From contig CM121343.1 in the NCBI GenBank assembly GCA_051530055.1, positions 3,566,389 to 3,630,388 on the forward strand: 64,000 nucleotides of DNA. Direction: 5' to 3'. Source of the DNA: Neoechinorhynchus agilis. Lineage: Eukaryota; Animalia; Acanthocephala. The notes under the pieces are model-generated. The model worked only from the letters and a program-made list of their open reading frames with translations, did no database searches and was not told where the DNA came from. Made by a program: the position numbers and the translations under genes. Position 1 is the first letter of the stretch. Every line of letters begins with the position of its first letter. This document shows, piece after piece, positions 1 to 11,640 of the stretch.

Positions 1-838
1 CCATGAAAGTAGTATGGTTCGGCGAACAAATCCCAAGCGTACTCTCGTGGTTTGGTTCACTACGGGACAATATCCGATGCTCAGTCTGTTTCCTATAAGT
101 ACGACCTTTTACCAAGAAGTTGTTATAAGCAGATCTTTTATAATGGTTATAGACAGCGACCGAGATTATACGTTTGGCAGATTCTTGACCAATTATATGC
201 TTATTGAGGTACTCGCATATATCACGCGGGGTCGGAATCTTGGAGTCCTTCATTAGAAAGGCTAAGTTATCATCGTCTGATGACCCATCATCGTCATCAT
301 CATTGAGGATGAAGAAGCTCCCCCGTTTTGTGTTATCGTCTTCTATGGGCCTTTCCTCCTTCCTATCCTTGGAAGCCTTGTCGCCATCAGGATTAATTTC
401 AGGGAATTTTAAAGATACGCTCCCATATTTACAAAGAGTGCATATGCGATAGTTCTTATCTTTTCCTATCGATCACACAGCGATTTGAAATATCACACCA
501 ACAACAATAAAAGAAACGGGTTGACTTACCGTATTTGGAAAAGCTACTAGTCTTCTTGCCACAATTCGGGCATATTTTGGCCTCGTCCGCTGATTTATTC
601 TCATTTGAGCAAATTTTGCTGCTCACCGATCGAAGCATGACGGTAAATCCTAATCGATGAAAAGAATCGGCATAAAATGATGTGGAAACCTACCGCTGCG
701 AACATTGGTCAAATAATGGACATGATTAAAAGTGGCACAACAACGACAGCGACGACCACTGGGACAGTTTCTGGTGAACGGCCAAAGCGTCACTGCAGCG
801 TCTGAGCTGATTCTCCTCCCAACATGCACGCATCTCAT
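1..838 (-). CDS. CLPX: Mitochondrial ClpX ATPase, 5' part; runs off the left edge; multi-exon
   Basis: Manual minus-strand translation of ~1-400 gives [34 protein letters not shown], the ClpX signature. Upstream zinc-binding CPNC...CTLC is joined by a GTAAGT..AG intron, and the N-terminus is Arg-rich like a presequence. The start codon and first intron are tentative. Confidence 0.85.
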
Positions 839-1232
839 CTCGAAACTTCCTAAGATTAGTACGTTTCAATCATCCAAGTCATTCGAACCCAGAAACGACG
901 CTTTAACCACGGAAGAATCCCAATTAACTAATCAGCCTTCCCTTCATCCAAAATGGGAGTAGCACATCGCTTCACGCGGTGGAATCATCCCTCTCATTCA
1001 CTTTGCGCAGTTCAGTCGGGATTTTTCGCGCGTGCGCGTGCGCGCGGGTTTATACTAAAAAGTGATGTCACATTGTGCGTCGTGGCGCTCTCGCTTTTCG
1101 CCGCATTCATAAAAGCGCTCTTGTTATCTCCTCAAACGAAATTCTTACCATGACATCGATCCCACACATAAATATTTATCAATAGACACGATCCGGTTTG
1201 TCACCGGGACGCTTGTTGCACCTTATTAGCCC

Positions 1233-4200
1233 ATGTCCAACAATCAACATCGATTAAATAACCGCGCAACGCCTTCTGAGCCGCCATTAGACCACCGACG
1301 TGTAAGGACGTCTTTGACGAGTGCAAGTGGTGGCGAAGGTGGTGGTGGTGGTGGTGGAGGTGCAAATAGTGGAAGCACCGGGGCAATATTCTTAGTCGGG
1401 TCTCAGTATCGCGTTGGAAAGAAGATCGGCTGTGGTAACTTTGGTGAGATTCGTCTTGGCAAAAATACATCCACGAATGAGCACGTCGCAGTTAAACTGG
1501 AACCGTTGAAATCCCGAGCCCCACAACTCTACCTGGAGTATTGTTTTTACAAGGACTTGCTTGGCGACACGGAAGGTTTTCCTAAAGTGTTTTATTACGG
1601 TAATTGTACAAAATATAATGCACTTGTGATTGAACTGCTGGGACACAACTTAGAAGATCTTTTTGATACTTGTGGCCGTCGCTTTATGTGTAACCATTGT
1701 TGACTCGGTTGGGGGCGGGAGGGAAGGCGCGATCACTCTTGTTGTGATCAACAATGGTTCCAATAGCCTCAAAACGGTGCTCATGATAGCACTTCAGTGT
1801 TTGACTCGAATAGAATACGTGCATTCCAAAGGTTTGATTTATCGCGATATCAAGCCTGAGAACTTCTTAATCGGGCGTCATTCACATAACAAGCATATTG
1901 TACACTTGATCGATTTTGGTCTTGCGAAGGAATATAGAGATCCACATACCAAGAGGCATATTCCTTATCGCGAACATAAATCCTTGACTGGTACTGCTCG
2001 GTATATGAGCATCAATACCCACATGGGCAAGGAACAAAGTAGGAGAGATGACCTTGAAGCATTGGGTCACATGTTTATGTACTTTTTGAGAGGGAGTCTC
2101 CCATGGCAGGGGCTCAAAGCGGACACTCTAAAGGAACGATATCAAAAGATCGGAGAAACTAAAAAAAATACTTCTATTGAACTTTTGTGCCAAGATCATC
2201 CAGGTATGTCCACCACTTTATAATCTCTACAAACAGCTACAACATTTAAATGAACATGCTTTTTAAAAAAAGTTCAATGCTGCTGTTTGATCTATTGCTC
2301 TGTACAAATCTTCACTCCGTAAATAAGCTTTTATTTAAGACGTTCTGCGAACCTCGTCAAGTTCATCATCAACTCAAAAATACAAAAGGGCTGATGATGT
2401 TGAATCCGACGAAGCTCTAAGAACCTTTTTAAATGAAAAAAATTTTTTTCACCGAGTAAAGACCAAAATAATACTTTGATTCAATAGATTTGTGTTACTA
2501 AATTCAATAATATTCGAAATATTGCTCTAAGAAAGGTTTCGGTCTTCTCCGTAAATAAGCTTTTATTTAAGACGTTCTGCGAACCTCGTCGGATTCATCA
2601 TCAACTCAAAAATACAAAAGGGCTGATGATGTTGAATCCGACGAAGCTCTAAGAACCTTTTTAAATGGAAAAAGGTTTTTCACCAAGTAAAGACCAAAAT
2701 AATACTTTGATTCAATAGATTTGTGTTACTAAATTCAATAATATTCCAAATATTGCTTTAAGAAAGGTTTTGGTCGTCATACCGTAAATAAGCTTTTATT
2801 TAAGACGTTCTGCGAACCTCGTCAAGTTCATCATCAACTCAAGAATACAAACGTGGTGAACTTAGCGTCCATTTGTATTTTGAACTGATGTTTAACCCGA
2901 CGAGGCTCGTAGAACGTCTGTGATAAAAAAAGTTATTTACCGGATGAAGAGTGAAACAATAATTTCATGTACCTCCTCACATATCGACAATTGGTTATCT
3001 GTTTTTTTGTGGCGAAAAATTGAAGGAATTTATAAAGTTTCGGAGAAAAATACAAAAAAGCTTTAATAAAGGTACACTATTGTTCCTCCGAGATATCGAA
3101 TTCAACAAATTTCTTCAAATTTTCCACCCTAAGAAAATATGAACAATTCAATCTTCAAACATGTTCGTTATCTGCAATGCACGCAAAAATAGCGATTTTT
3201 TTTGTCTTACCCTTTTGAGGTCCTTCAGTGCTCGATAAATCAACATTGCTTTTTTGAGTCGCACCTCTTGTTGGTCAACAATTTATCTTTTGTTTTGCTG
3301 AGAACGAGATGAATAAAAGTAATTTTATTTAATATTTCGTCTTTTACGTGGAAACCCTCGTAAAATCTTACAAGCAATTCTGAAGAATTCCCACGTAGAG
3401 GACGAAATATTAGATGAAATTAAGTTTATTCATCTCGTCCTCATCGAAACGAGGAATGGACAACATCTTTGCAATTTATCTTTTTCCTGATGTCTACAAG
3501 GGATTTAGAAGTGCTTTTTTCCTATTTAATATTCTTTTTAGACGAATTCGCTCGATATCTTAAATACGTGCGCAACCTCGATTTTTTTGAGACTCCAAAT
3601 TATCGATACATGCGATCATTATTCGAGGAGCTGATTGAACGTAAAGGTCTTGAGAATGATTATGACTACGATTGGGCAAAGCGACAGCCTCTCCAGTCAT
3701 ACGGGTCTTCTTCCTATAACGTCGTAAGTTATTACTTTGCCTTGTGCTTATTCAATTGTCATTTGTGTTTAATTTGAACTCGGAACACAACAAGCAGCGA
3801 AAGGTAAGAGTCAGAGCGACTCCTAGAAAGCATTCTCATCTCTTACGAGAGAAGGCGCATGGAGCAGCACCAGGAAATGCAATTGGAGTACTAAATATGA
3901 CAACTGCGGTAGCAGCATCGCATTCGCAGGGAGCTGTGATGGCCATTCGAGGATCGGGTGCAAAGGATACGATTGGTGCTCTTCATAGCTTTAACCAACC
4001 ACACCACAATACAACCGCTCAATCATTGGGTGTTGCTGGTACTCCTTACACGAATTTCCAAAAGACAAGTGGCACAAATATACCACCATCCACAGCAACT
4101 TTGAGAGAAATGAGCGATACAGAATCTCAAAGAGTGTTCGTATCGAGTTTTCCATCGCTTAAATTTTCACTAATGATAATGTTTGCGTTTAGTCGTTGCT

Positions 4201-4241
4201 GCTGCTTTCCACGCATTGGGCGATTCCGTCAACATCGGTAA
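1233..4241 (+). CDS. CSNK1G: Casein kinase 1 gamma (gilgamesh-like); introns ~1688-1766, 2204-3541, 3724-~3795 and possibly ~4136-4190
   Basis: [53 protein letters not shown] and [10 protein letters not shown] motifs; C-terminal RCCCFPR Cys cluster typical of CK1 gamma. Confidence 0.93.
2315..2960. repeat. ~232-bp tandem repeat (about 2.3 copies) plus an inverted partial copy in CK1 intron 2
   Basis: CCGTAAATAAGCTTTTATTTAAGACGTTCTGCGAACCTCGTC recurs at 2317, 2549 and 2782; a reverse-complement-like copy lies at ~2870-2960. Confidence 0.85.
3305..3435. repeat. Small foldback element in CK1 intron 2
   Basis: ACGAGATGAATAAA...AATATTTCGTC is mirrored by GACGAAATATT...TTTATTCATCTCGT. Confidence 0.6.
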
Positions 4242-4725
4242 TAAACGGCGCAATAAAGTTTGGTGAAGAGTACTCAGTCACTGAGACAGGTTTAAATGCT
4301 ATTTGTACAAAAACCATGTGAGCTGCCATTAATCAAAACAAAATTGAATCTTTGTTCAGTCCTGATATAATTTATAAAATTGATCGGAGTGCGTCTTTGT
4401 TGTTGTTGTTGGTATTAGTGACTCGCACATAAACGTTTTTAAAACTAGAACAAAAACTGGCATACTATCGAGAATTCCTACAGAAATTCCAACGGCTTTG
4501 TCGATTATCTTAAAAGGGTTTTGAGTTTAGAAAAGTGCTCGTTTTTTCATGAAGAGTGGGACAATGCGTTCTATATCAGAACCAAGTTCGATCGGCGTGT
4601 CAACTGATTTCAAACCAATGTGTCGTTCATATTCAACAGAACTGTTGATGAGCAATGCGACTTTCATTGCCAAACGTTGCTTTAGCTGACCGCTGAAGGA
4701 GCATCAAAAACGAATAACGACAGAC

Positions 4726-5576
4726 ATGTCCGCAACGAAAACTAAGGGTTATAAAAAGCTTTTAATTATTTCAGAGGAATCCAGTGTGCTCAACACTTTA
4801 AGTCGTCTAGAGAAACATTCCTTTAGTAGCAGCATGGCGATCAGTGCGAGGGACTTTAAAATTACGATAAAACGGTCCGTTTGATTAACGTTTTATTTAC
4901 ACCATCAATAAATTGCGATATTGACACTATTAAGTTCTAAAGACTTAGCAGGAAATATTGCAAGTCTTTTGCAAATCCCAAGTCCATCGTCGTCCGATGA
5001 TGCAATAGCTAAAAGACTCGTCCCGCTCAAACTCTTTAACGATATGGATGTACTGTTCAGTTATCGACTTCTCAATAAGTTTGAGGATCCCAAGGTTCCT
5101 CATGTCCATTCAAGTGAGTCAGATTAAAGGATAAAATTAAAGAAAAGTAAATCGTAATTAAGTATTCTGAGGAAGGTCTCACTTACGATGCTAATACAAA
5201 TCGATTCAATGATGAACAAATCATAAACGATCTCAGAAACAGGAAATCAACCCTTCAAGATCAGAATAAGGCCTTATTGCAAAGTAGCGCTTCTAATGGC
5301 CCGAATCCACAACGCACACAACTTCAATTAATTGCTGCACAAATGCAGCTTCAAGATCAAGCGCTACAAATTCAACTGGTTAGTTTCAGGGTCCGATGAA
5401 ACATACTTTAACGTCTAAAAAAGATGCTAGATGATTATGCGGAAAAGGTCAAGCAGCAAAATGCCTTTTTGCTGAATTACCAACAGGAACTGAACTATAT
5501 AAAATCCAGATTAACTGATTTGGATTACGTGATGCATGCAATCCAACACGCCAACAGTAAGTCGAGCGCGGAGTAG
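4726..5576 (+). CDS. Small multi-exon gene, Gln/Leu-rich coiled-coil-like protein of unknown function
   Basis: Open exons linked by GT-AG introns: MSATKTK/EESSVLN.../SKDLAGN.../YSEEGLTYDA...QLQLIAAQMQLQDQALQIQL/MLDDYAEKVKQQ...SAE*. The donor of the third intron is uncertain. Confidence 0.55.
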
Positions 5577-6099
5577 TACTAGAAATCTAAGGATGCTAAA
5601 ATAGACACAAAATCAAATGGCATCGGACGGAACAAGTAATGCCAATCAATAATCATTAGAGATGATTTGACGCAAAGCGATGGAGTCATGTTGAAGAATA
5701 TCGAACTTTTAAACAAAATAAAAAGTTTTATTATGCCAAAAATAACTTCGAGGTCCATAATTCCATATACGGTTCTTCAGTGGGAAAGATCTTATTGACA
5801 CCTACTCATCCGCTTTGAAACTTTAACCCCCGCAAACACTGACCACTCTTCTGCCCTGATTACTCCGTTTACTTAATCTCAGAATCAAAAATCACCGCCG
5901 TTCCACAGTCTCAATCATAAAATATTCTCGACCCACCATCGATAAACCCCACCTTGAAAATCCTTTAAAATAAAGCATCTACGGCCCATTCAGATAAATC
6001 TCTAGACTTCTACAAAAGTACAATATCACAAAATACTTGTTGCCCACAAAAACTTCTTGACATATCGTCAAGGATTCTCTTGGTCTACGCAACTCTGAA

Positions 6100-6560
6100 A
6101 TGCATGGCACATAGTCAGGCGGCTGGCTTTATGAATGTTAATTTTCCGTTTCTATGGTAACTGTGGGTATTAGAATACCGATGAAAGTTATGGGTAATTA
6201 CATTCAGTTTCTCGATTTGGTTTTTGCAATGCAAGGAAAATCAAGAAGATTACTCTCTCGATGGTTGGCTACATCAAATAATAATGAATTTTGTAAGTAA
6301 ATACGACTTTAAAAACATTTTCTGCCACTATTTCTCTTCGATCCCTATTTTAAAGCTGCTCTTCGGAATCATCGCACCGACGAATGTTTGCATTGGAATG
6401 TTCTAGTGAGGGGAGTTGAGCTCCCACTGGAAACACTTGAAGAAATTTCAAATGCGGAGACCTCGGTGGCTCTATATTACGATTTCAATAGCTATAGCAC
6501 GGATTACGTTAATGTGGTGCATTGTTATGTTGAATCGAGTCCCGAGGACGGGCGAGGATA
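6100..6560 (+). repeat. Copy of a dispersed ORF-bearing family, paralogous to 15607-16032; mirrored at ~36804-37264
   Basis: Shares RGVELP(L/V)ETLEEISNAETSVALYYDFN...CYVESSPE coding sequence and upstream DNA with 15607-16032, but stops (RG*) before the acidic repeats. Confidence 0.75.
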
Positions 6561-8199
6561 GTGTCCACAAACGTTTTCATTACATTAAATGCTTTCTTTT
6601 TCCATTAAAATCGCCACATTTGAGGCGCATCGATATCCGAGAATCCGTTCCCGGACTGTCTTCGTTTTTGAAAGTGTTCATAGCGGAGATGGGAGGAGCG
6701 GCTGAGGTGGGAGTGGAAGAGGCATGAAGTGGGGATCGAGGACAGTGGGGCCACTTTCTATTGTCCATTGGAGATATTTTCTCCTTTCACAGTCATGACG
6801 CCTATTGTTTTTTGCGATGGTAGCACCTTCCTGGCAGATATTTTTAAAGAGATATCGGTCAGCTGCGAGAAGAACCCAGCACAGAATGCAGCGTCTGCTT
6901 GGGCATCATTAGGTTGGCAAAATCGGAGTCTAAGAATCATCAAGAATACCGTCGAGACGTTGGAATGTGTGGACTTACTCTACTGATGACCGTGGATTCT
7001 GATTGCTTCAGCCACGGATGTTAGTCTTGTTGATGTTGAAAATTAAATGATCCATGCGCTTCGGCGGAACGATCAGTGATGTTCTGAAGACTTGTCAGAA
7101 TTCTCATTAGCATAATGCAAATCAATGATTGCATTAGTGGAGGTTTTCGTCTTGGACTTCAGCCGGCGCTGTCCGATTTCAAACCGAAAGCGTACTATAA
7201 CCTTGAAATCGAGTGATATGTGATTTTTTGGACTAGACGGGGCAAATACATCGAGAAAAGTGCTGCCATAATATTTATAGGAGAGTAGCGGCACCATTCT
7301 TGTAAAGCTCTGCAGTAATTAAATTGGGACCCGCAGCTCGGTTGTTATGTGGTTGGCTAAAGGATTTGGTGAACTCCTTGCAAGTCTGGACCATTAGTTA
7401 TTGTTCGGCCATGTGAGCGATTTCCTCTGGACAATTGAACAAAATGTCTCTTCTAACGCTGACCGATAGTTCCTTCTTCTGTTAGAATAAATCCTTCGCT
7501 CACATAAAAGTGGATATTGTTCTTGTTGGGTCGTAAATGGCACTGTTCCGGAGCTGCGATTCGCTATTCCGGGGAAATAGGGCTTCATTTTTCCAATCGA
7601 TCGGATGGAAGATATTCTCGTTGTTGCTGTTAAATCGGCCTACGTTACGCCTCTTGAGAAATTCGATTTCCGTCTCTGCGGCTGAGGGAATAATGGTCTT
7701 CAAAAAATAATGGCAGTTAATCGACATAAATAAATAAGATTTTTCTTCATTATCTACCTTCTGTTTCGCGAGAAAGATCCGATACCAAGGACAATCATTT
7801 CGCTTTCCCGGGGAAATGATTGCATTCCATCGGTTCCAAGGCCTCCAGCGCCAAGCATCCCTGGTCCACATTCGTAACATTCGACTTCAAGAAAGTGTAC
7901 GCGACATTCAGTTCCTTTTTTGAGAAAAAACTGCGCAGAACACAGTAAAACAATTTTCGAAGAAACTGAGACGACACTGCAAAGTATTCGTTTTTTCGGT
8001 CATTTCAACGAGACAGCAGCTGAGGAAATTCTTGGTTCAAAAATTAGGGAGAAACGTTGCCTTCCTTAGGCTCAAAAGTCTTGCACTTATGAAAAATTGA
8101 ACAAAGTTTCAGTTTCGCTAAAATCATGAGCATTCTCGGTTATAGATCCCAAATCTGGCGGTGGCGATAGAATATTATGGATCATTGACTACGAACAAA

Positions 8200-9250
8200 T
8201 GCGAAAAAATCTCATTGCTTTCCATTCAGATAAACGTAACATTAAATTCTCCTAATCAGAGATCCAAATCTTCCATTAGTTTATAATTCGGACTTGCTTC
8301 CGTCAAAACGAACGTGAGGTTCATTCCCTATTAACGGATTTCCACCTCTTAAATACGGCAACAAATAAAGTTCTGATTCAGTTTGACTTAAAGCTTTTGA
8401 TGCCCTGGACAGGACCCTTTTATACGAAGCCCTTACATTTTACAAGATCCCTCTTAATATTATTTGCGAAATTCAACCTTTAATCGAATCCAAATCCTTC
8501 TATTCATGTAACATGAAATTCTTTTCTCGCTATGGTGTTCCTCAAGGTTCTACATTGTCGCCCACTCTTTTCTTGATTGCTATGTCATTTATTTTAAAAC
8601 ACATCAATGGCTACGATTTTTACGCGGACGGCATTTTTCCTTTTTGCAAAGTTCGCTTCAGTGGTTTCATTGTTTCTAAATTCTCTTCTTACCTCGAAAA
8701 CCTTGTCTCTGCTCTCTCTAAAAGAAAATCTTATTTTGAATCTTAACAAATCTTTTATAATTCTGCTCAATTAAATCTTACGGCCCAAGGAAATCTCTTG
8801 CTCTTCTATTTAGATCATCCCCATTTTTGCTGGGAATTGACTTCCCTTTTACACAAAACCGAATTTTTATTAATACTTCTCTGAAGAGTACGTTCTCTAA
8901 AAATTAAATCCATAATCAAGCGCTCAAGACATCTCCTGATTCCTTTCCCAGCCCTCGTCCGTGCACCCCAAATTATCGTAGGAAGGTCATTGTGCTTCTT
9001 TGCGTGCGGTAGACCTCCAGAACTACGGATTCTCTTGTGGCAAGAACTTCTTCGAATGCCCGGCGTGCAACCGTTGGAGGTTTTGTGTTTCGGCGAACAG
9101 AAGGAAGGACAAACACCCTTTTTTGAGACTTTTAATGGTAAACTATTTTACCCTTTGTGTTTTGCGCGTAGATTTGTGTCTTTGAAGAGTCCAATTAAAA
9201 AAGCTTCGGTTGCCTCTTGAAACCGCCACTTGCTAGGGTACTCCAGTACC
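8200..9250 (+). mobile_element. Decayed non-LTR retrotransposon RT remnant; mirrored at ~33560-34610 (-)
   Basis: RYGVPQGSTLSPTLF...FYAD(G) RT motifs in broken frames. Confidence 0.75.
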
Positions 9251-9653
9251 AAAATTGCTGACGATCTCTCTTACGAGTCGCTGGGATGCAAGACGTCTTC
9301 TCAAGAGGTCCGTCGATCGTTACTTCGATTGGTGAGACTTTTGCGCTATGTTGTATTGAAATCAATTGCGCGTGGTTTTCATCTTATTGAGAGGCAATAC
9401 TGAGGGATTTGATCAATCCGACGATTGGTCTCGACCAACAACACAACTATAGAAAATGAAGGACACAGTGCATTCGTGTTGTGAGGATGTGCAATAAATT
9501 CAATATATCCAATAAGTAAAAATAAAGAAGGTATTAATTTCTAAGAATTCAGGCTACGGGTGAGGATATTAGTCTCTCCAAATAGCGTTCAGTGTTCACA
9601 AAAAATAAAAAAATTGCGGAATTTACATCCCGTTCCAATACTCGAACAATGAT

Positions 9654-11227
9654 TCAATCGGTATTTCCATGAGAGGAATAGACTACCAGATTGAACGTTC
9701 CGGATTTTCGAATGTTCGATTTGTCTCTTTTGGCATAGAGTCGGAAGTTCGTTGGATCAGTTCTGCGCGTACTGGTATTTAACACGCTTTTTATTGTCAA
9801 TGATCGAAATTTCGATTTAGATGAACTGTTAGACGTCAACCTCAACAGAAATTCCTCATGCGTCTTATGTTTGCGAAGAATCATATACGGAATAGGCCAA
9901 TCGAGCCACTTTCGTTGTTTTCTGTCCCTATACAAAAGCTTTCACTATTTCAACTTCCTGTCAAACAATAAAGAATTCGTCCTTTTGGTTCTTCTTAAAC
10001 GGATATTTGTTAGTTTGAGATTTACTTAGGATTATCAGAGGCGAAACCAATGATGGTCCAGCCATAAAGCAAGTAACCGTTGGAGCCACGTCAAATCCAG
10101 AATTCCCCGTCTCAACTGTCACTCGGTATATCGTCATTTCAGGATATCGCGTTCCTTCTTTTACATTATCAGAAAATAACTTAAAAACCTTATTTTCGTT
10201 TCCAATTGTAGTTTATATCGATGAGTCGATTATTCCCCTTCCATCTGCCTGAAACTTTTCATAAGCACCAGGAAACACACCAAAATGATCGATCCGTTGA
10301 TTTATAGCAATGTTCGATTCGATTTCAGATCCACCGAAATATTGATTCAAATAAAAATTGATAGGAGCATTTCCGTCGCCCGTTACGAGCACAGTTACAG
10401 AACTAATGCGCGCTCCGTCATCTTTATCTTCGAAATCTAATTTAAATCTCATCGTTTCTATTTGAAACAAGTGGTTCAGAAAGACAATCTCCTTTGACCA
10501 CCTGAATCCTGTATGTCCAGTGCAACGGTCGGTAAAAAGATTCGAAATATGTCTTGTTGATTAGCGAGAAACCCATTTATATTATTAGTTGGATAATAGA
10601 GATGTACTGGAACCAGCGCATTTCTTAAGAGGTATCTTCCTTTCTTTAGTGATCACAACAACTAATGCACGCGTTAAACTCGTTTTGGGTTCCGCCAGGG
10701 AAAAGGGAACAAATGAATTTGCGTGTGCGAGTCCTCCAGAATGTCCCAAATATAAAAGAGCGTTTGTTCTATTATCTCCTTTCCAATTACAGAGCCATCT
10801 ATTAACAGGAAACAAAAATCCGGTATTTTGGTCAGTGGCATAAATACACATCGTTTTCAAATAAACTCCCGAAGTTCTACTGCCCGTCATCAATTCTACG
10901 AAGAGTTTGGGAATCATATCAATTTGTTTGCCCATCAAGATTTCAAAGACCGATACAGAGTTCGATTTCAGTATAAAGCCAATTTTATGTAAATAGAATC
11001 TTCTGGAGGACACTTCATTTAATCCAATGATGATAACGAAAAGACCATCTTTTCCACTTATAAACTTCCTCTGTTTTCAGTTCAATAACATACTTGAATT
11101 GTTCGGAGGATCCTCGGTTGGCGTCGTAAAAGAACTGATGTCTACCGTCTTTTTCTATAATTGCATCCGGAGTTGCAAACGTCGAACTTATGAGTTCTGA
11201 TTCAAACACAACTTTCTCGTCCCTCAA
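9654..11227 (-). pseudogene. PLAT/LH2-domain-like coding region (LOXHD1/PKD-type repeats), frameshifted; gene may extend to ~6758
   Basis: KYVIELKT / LFVIIIG...VYLKTMCIYATDQNTGFLFPVNRWL and SVTVLVTGD...FPGAYEKF resemble PLAT beta-sandwich motifs (VxTGD, FPxxRWL). A one-base frame break lies near 11060. Confidence 0.5.
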
Positions 11228-11435
11228 TAATCCTCATATTCTGTATTCTTTGTAAAATCCGTAGTTTATTAGTGGCCGGCCAGGAAACGTATCAGGCGAC
11301 GACCCGATCAACGCAATAACGATCAACCAACAAATCTACCACCTTCAAAATATATCGCACATTCTTTCATCAGTGAAGAGGCCACTAACAAACTACGGAC
11401 CTTACAAAGAATACCGAATGTGAGGATTATTGTTA
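11226..11435. repeat. Foldback with ~55-bp arms and ~100-bp loop at the edge of a GIY-YIG remnant; mirrored at ~31377-31586
   Basis: AATAATCCTCATATTCTGTATTCTTT...TCCGTAGTTTATTAGTGGCC versus GGCCACTAACAAACTACGGA...AAAGAATACCGAATGTGAGGATTATT. Confidence 0.75.
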
Positions 11436-11640
11436 GAAAATGGACGACATTGGCTGGTTCTTCCAAAAAGAAGACGGCGACAACACCTACATTCGGAGTC
11501 TACGAAATAGGCTGTTCGGAATGCGATAAAAAGTATATTGGACCGACGAAGCAAGGTCTGTGCAAATGCATCCAACAGCACAAATACGTGCGTAGACGTT
11601 TCTATCAATCTTCGGCAATATCTAACCAAGAGGAGACATC
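11420..11640 (+). mobile_element. Penelope-like GIY-YIG endonuclease remnant; mirrored at ~31172-31392 (-)
   Basis: GVYEIGCSECDKKYIGPTKQGLCKCIQQHK matches the GVY-CxxC-YIG-T..R..QH pattern. Confidence 0.75.
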
